Positions 61,139 through 64,000 of a DNA stretch of 64,000 bases are shown here, piece after piece (the first letter of the stretch is position 1; each line of letters begins with the position of its first letter). The notes beneath the pieces were generated by a model. The model was given only the letters and a program-made list of their open reading frames with translations, was not told the DNA's origin and ran no database searches. A program made the position numbers and the translations under genes. Location: contig JBCCQY010000038.1 in NCBI GenBank assembly GCA_039208735.1, positions 1 to 64,000 on the forward strand, given 5' to 3'. Origin of the DNA: Myxococcota bacterium. GTDB lineage: Bacteria; Myxococcota_A; UBA796; GCA-2862545.

Positions 61139-62752
61139 GTGGCGGATTCGACCGAGGCGCTAGAAAACCGGATGATCCGGCAGACCCTGACGTTGGGTCT
61201 GATTGCCGATCTCACCGCGATGGTGCTCTATCTTATCGATCCCAACACCATTCTAAGAACGGCCCTTCTCGTAGGGAGCCCGTCCATCGGCTTAGTGATT
61301 GCCCTGACGTTTCACCGGTTCGGCTACCCCAGGATCGCGGGGTGGATCGGGGTCGCCATGGCGACGATCGGCGTCATCGGGGTTTTTTCTCACTTTTGGG
61401 GCATCAACGAGCACCAAGGTGTCTTTCTTGCGGTGGGCATCGTGTGCTCGGGGCTCATCATGGGTCCTCGCGCAAGCTTGGTCGCCACAGTGTTGACGCT
61501 CGCCTACGCCATGCTGGACTATCTCTACGGGCCCATGTCCTGGGTTGCGGTGAGCTATGAACCTTCCCGCCTGGAACGCGCCACAGACCTAGGTATTGCG
61601 CTCATCCTGACCGGGATCCTCTCGGGCATTGGCATGGACCGGGTTCACCGACTGTTGCGCGAACAGACCCGGGAACAGGCCTTTCGGACTGCATTGTTGC
61701 AGGAGAGCCCCACCCCGACGTTGGTGGTTGATGCGAGGGACAGCATTGTCGACGCGAACGCAGCGGCGGCGGAACTCTGCGGCCAGCCAGCGGCCAATCT
61801 GGCGGGCACGCCACTGTCGCGCTGGCTTCAAGTGGACGAATTCGGAGGGGCGACGCTGTACGCTGCGACGGGAACCGTACCGGTTCGGTTCCGAGTGGCC
61901 CGGGTCGACAGCATGGGTCGAGAGCGAAAAGTCGTGGTGCTCGTCGACCTGCGGCCGGAACGCGAGGTGATGCAGAAGCAAACCGAAGCCGTGAGGTTGG
62001 CGCAAGAGGCGAGTCACGCAAAATCAGCCTTTCTCGCCAGCATGAGCCATGAGCTGCGCACCCCTCTGAACGCCATCATTGGCTATGCTGAGCTGCTCGA
62101 CGAAGAATCGGCGAACGACCAGCAACAAGCCGATTTGGGACGCATCTTGGCGGCGGGTCGCCATCTGCTCGAACTGGTGGACGACGTTCTCGACATGTCG
62201 AAAATCGAGGCCGGCAAGACGGAAGTCCAATGGGAGTATTTCGACTTAGCGGAGATCCTTCACGAGGCGGTGGGCGCGGTCGAAGGGGAGGCCATTCGGC
62301 ACCGCGTGCGCCTTGAGCTGCGTTGTCCCACCACGGTTTTTGTGCGCGCAGATCGCCTTCGCTGTCGCCAGGTGGTCCTCAACTTGCTGTCCAATGCACT
62401 GCGGTTCGCCCGGTCTACCGTGATTCTCGACGTGGCCGACGTCGACGACATGGTGCGCATCACCTGCTCGGACGACGGGGAAGGGGTTCCGAAAGACCTG
62501 GCTCCACGGCTGTTTCAGCCTTTTGTACGGGGCAATACTTCAGCGTCGCGCACCGGCCTTGGGCTGGCTCTGTCGCGGGAACTGGCCGATCGGATGGGCG
62601 GTAGCTTGCAGTTGGGTGGAGAGAGCACGCTCCCGGGAGCGTGCTTTGTGTTCGAGCTGCAGAGCCGCGATGAACCCACCACCGGGGCGTTTGCCGTGCC
62701 CCGACGGAAGCGAAACCCTAGTTCTCTGCCTCCCGGTGGCCTTACGAAGTAG
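61139..62752 (+). CDS. Membrane sensor histidine kinase with PAS domain
   Basis: Several TM helices, PAS-like IVDANAAA, H-box MSHELRTPLNAIIG, N-box NLLSNA, D.G.G, GLGL; start may be 61172. Confidence 0.9.
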   Translation: MADSTEALENRMIRQTLTLGLIADLTAMVLYLIDPNTILRTALLVGSPSIGLVIALTFHRFGYPRIAGWIGVAMATIGVIGVFSHFWGINEHQGVFLAVGIVCSGLIMGPRASLVATVLTLAYAMLDYLYGPMSWVAVSYEPSRLERATDLGIALILTGILSGIGMDRVHRLLREQTREQAFRTALLQESPTPTLVVDARDSIVDANAAAAELCGQPAANLAGTPLSRWLQVDEFGGATLYAATGTVPVRFRVARVDSMGRERKVVVLVDLRPEREVMQKQTEAVRLAQEASHAKSAFLASMSHELRTPLNAIIGYAELLDEESANDQQQADLGRILAAGRHLLELVDDVLDMSKIEAGKTEVQWEYFDLAEILHEAVGAVEGEAIRHRVRLELRCPTTVFVRADRLRCRQVVLNLLSNALRFARSTVILDVADVDDMVRITCSDDGEGVPKDLAPRLFQPFVRGNTSASRTGLGLALSRELADRMGGSLQLGGESTLPGACFVFELQSRDEPTTGAFAVPRRKRNPSSLPPGGLTK

Positions 62753-62966
62753 CGCGCACCCGTTCGAGGAGGGCGCGAGCGGTGGTGCTCAAGCCTTGAG
62801 GATCGAGGCTCGCTTCGAGGGCCCGTTGTTGTTCGGTCGCTTCGAACGCCAGCTTGCGGTCGACTTCGTCGAGATCATGGAACGCGGGAGCGGAACGGAT
62901 CCGGCCATCGGCGTCGCGGGCTCGAAAGGCATTGACGACCTGCTCGATGAGGGCTTCACGGTCCAT
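62742..62966 (-). CDS. Small hypothetical helical protein (74 aa)
   Basis: ATG with GGAG RBS overlapping ECF gene end; protein-like amphipathic sequence. Confidence 0.6.
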   Translation of the reverse strand: MDREALIEQVVNAFRARDADGRIRSAPAFHDLDEVDRKLAFEATEQQRALEASLDPQGLSTTARALLERVRATS

Positions 62967-63507
62967 GGGGGCTCCAGGCCACGCCAGCGGCGGTCAGACA
63001 GGCCACGAGCAGCGCTCGCGCCCGCCCCACGTTCTTCAGGAAGGTGTTTAGGCGCATGCCGACCTGTTCGGCAAGGGCGCGGTCATCGGTTCCGCCGCGG
63101 GCCTGCAAGCGGGCTTCAAGGGCGGCAGCGGGCTGCTTCGGCAGATTGGCGCGGCAGCGTTCGATGTGCTCTCGGAGCAGCGGGTCGGGCAAGGCCGGTT
63201 CGATCCCTTCGACGGGCATCTCCTCGACGAACTCCACCCGGTTGCGACGGGTCTCGTCGATGGCTGCATTGCGGGCCACGCGCTGTGCGAAGCGGAGCAG
63301 GGCGTTAGGGCGGCCGTCGGGCTTGACGCGGGGGGCGACCTGCCAAACGCGCAGCAGAGCCTCTTGAAGGACCGCCTCGGTGTCCACCGCGGTGGCGAAG
63401 GACCGAAGGCTTCGCCGAACAGGCGCTTCGGCTCCGGCAAGCCAGGCGGCGAACGCGTCGGGATCGCCGAAGGCGATCGCTTCGAGGTGGACATCGAGGT
63501 CGATCAT
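62956..63507 (-). CDS. ECF-type sigma-70 factor-like protein
   Basis: GDPDAF, E.VLQEALLRVWQ, RVARNAAIDETRR (region 2); LAEQVGMRLNT...RAR..L (region 4); ATGA overlap with upstream gene. Confidence 0.7.
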   Translation of the reverse strand: MIDLDVHLEAIAFGDPDAFAAWLAGAEAPVRRSLRSFATAVDTEAVLQEALLRVWQVAPRVKPDGRPNALLRFAQRVARNAAIDETRRNRVEFVEEMPVEGIEPALPDPLLREHIERCRANLPKQPAAALEARLQARGGTDDRALAEQVGMRLNTFLKNVGRARALLVACLTAAGVAWSPHGP

Positions 63508-63998
63508 GCGACGGGCACCCGCCAGTCCCCAACCTGCACGTGGCTTGGCAGGTCTCCTTCCCATTCCACCACGATGGTCGCCGTCTGACCGGTCGTCAGC
63601 CGACTAGGAGCGGTGGTCGCAGCCGGGTCGGAAGACACGCGGTGGTCGGTGCCGTTGACCGCGAGCAGAATAGAGGTGGCGTCCCAGTCAATGTCGAAGG
63701 CGATGGGAACCCGGATCACGAGTCGGTTGCCGATTCGCTGCACGGATCCCGGTCGATGCGGTGTCACGGTCGGCATCGGTTCGGCGGCTTTGTCGAACTC
63801 CTCAAACCCCTCAAACTCCTCGCGTACGATTTCAGAGGGCGCAGGGGCCTTCGGGGCCGATCCAAGCTCCTGGAACTTCGCCCTCACCTTTCGGCGCTTC
63901 TTCGGTGCGCCCGACCGGAGCGCCATCGAGGGACTTGCGGCGCGTCGGGACCGGCCTCGAAGCCCCACCCCCTCGGCGGACATGCCATACGGCAGAAC
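63504..63998 (-). CDS. 3' end of a gene extending beyond the window (hypothetical)
   Basis: Frame open to the window edge; stop overlaps ECF start. Confidence 0.55.
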   Translation of the reverse strand, partial: VLPYGMSAEGVGLRGRSRRAASPSMALRSGAPKKRRKVRAKFQELGSAPKAPAPSEIVREEFEGFEEFDKAAEPMPTVTPHRPGSVQRIGNRLVIRVPIAFDIDWDATSILLAVNGTDHRVSSDPAATTAPSRLTTGQTATIVVEWEGDLPSHVQVGDWRVPVA

Positions 63999-64000
63999 CT

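Overview
High-GC bacterial chromosomal segment, most consistent with Myxococcota (MYXO-CTERM-like tails, a TraB-like OmpA protein, a TIGR02996-like protein, a Hanks-type kinase; inferred from motifs, no database search). About 50 densely packed genes; no rRNA, tRNA, CRISPR array, integrase or transposase recognised. Housekeeping and accessory content includes a TamA/TamB-like pair, M1 peptidase, AraC/TetR detoxification-type cluster, class V aminotransferase, HtpX-like protease, pckA, sucAB, fused 5-oxoprolinase/hydantoinase, CoaC-like flavoprotein, a histidine kinase and an ECF-like sigma factor. The standout is a five-gene cell-surface locus (35572-46552): a beta-barrel+OmpA protein followed by four tandem paralogues. 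Each has a signal peptide, a divergent shared head domain, exactly 13 CxxC-led thrombospondin type-3-like acidic repeats in conserved register, and an RGGG/Cys/TM/basic MYXO-CTERM-like tail. This looks like a rearranged, multi-receptor analogue of TraA/TraB. Three features are hidden from the ORF track: an in-frame TAG inside an MFS gene, an in-frame TGA inside an SDR gene, and a C-terminal Dps remnant inside an ~850 bp segment bounded by an 11-bp direct repeat. Many start codons were re-chosen from RBS/overlap evidence and are approximate.
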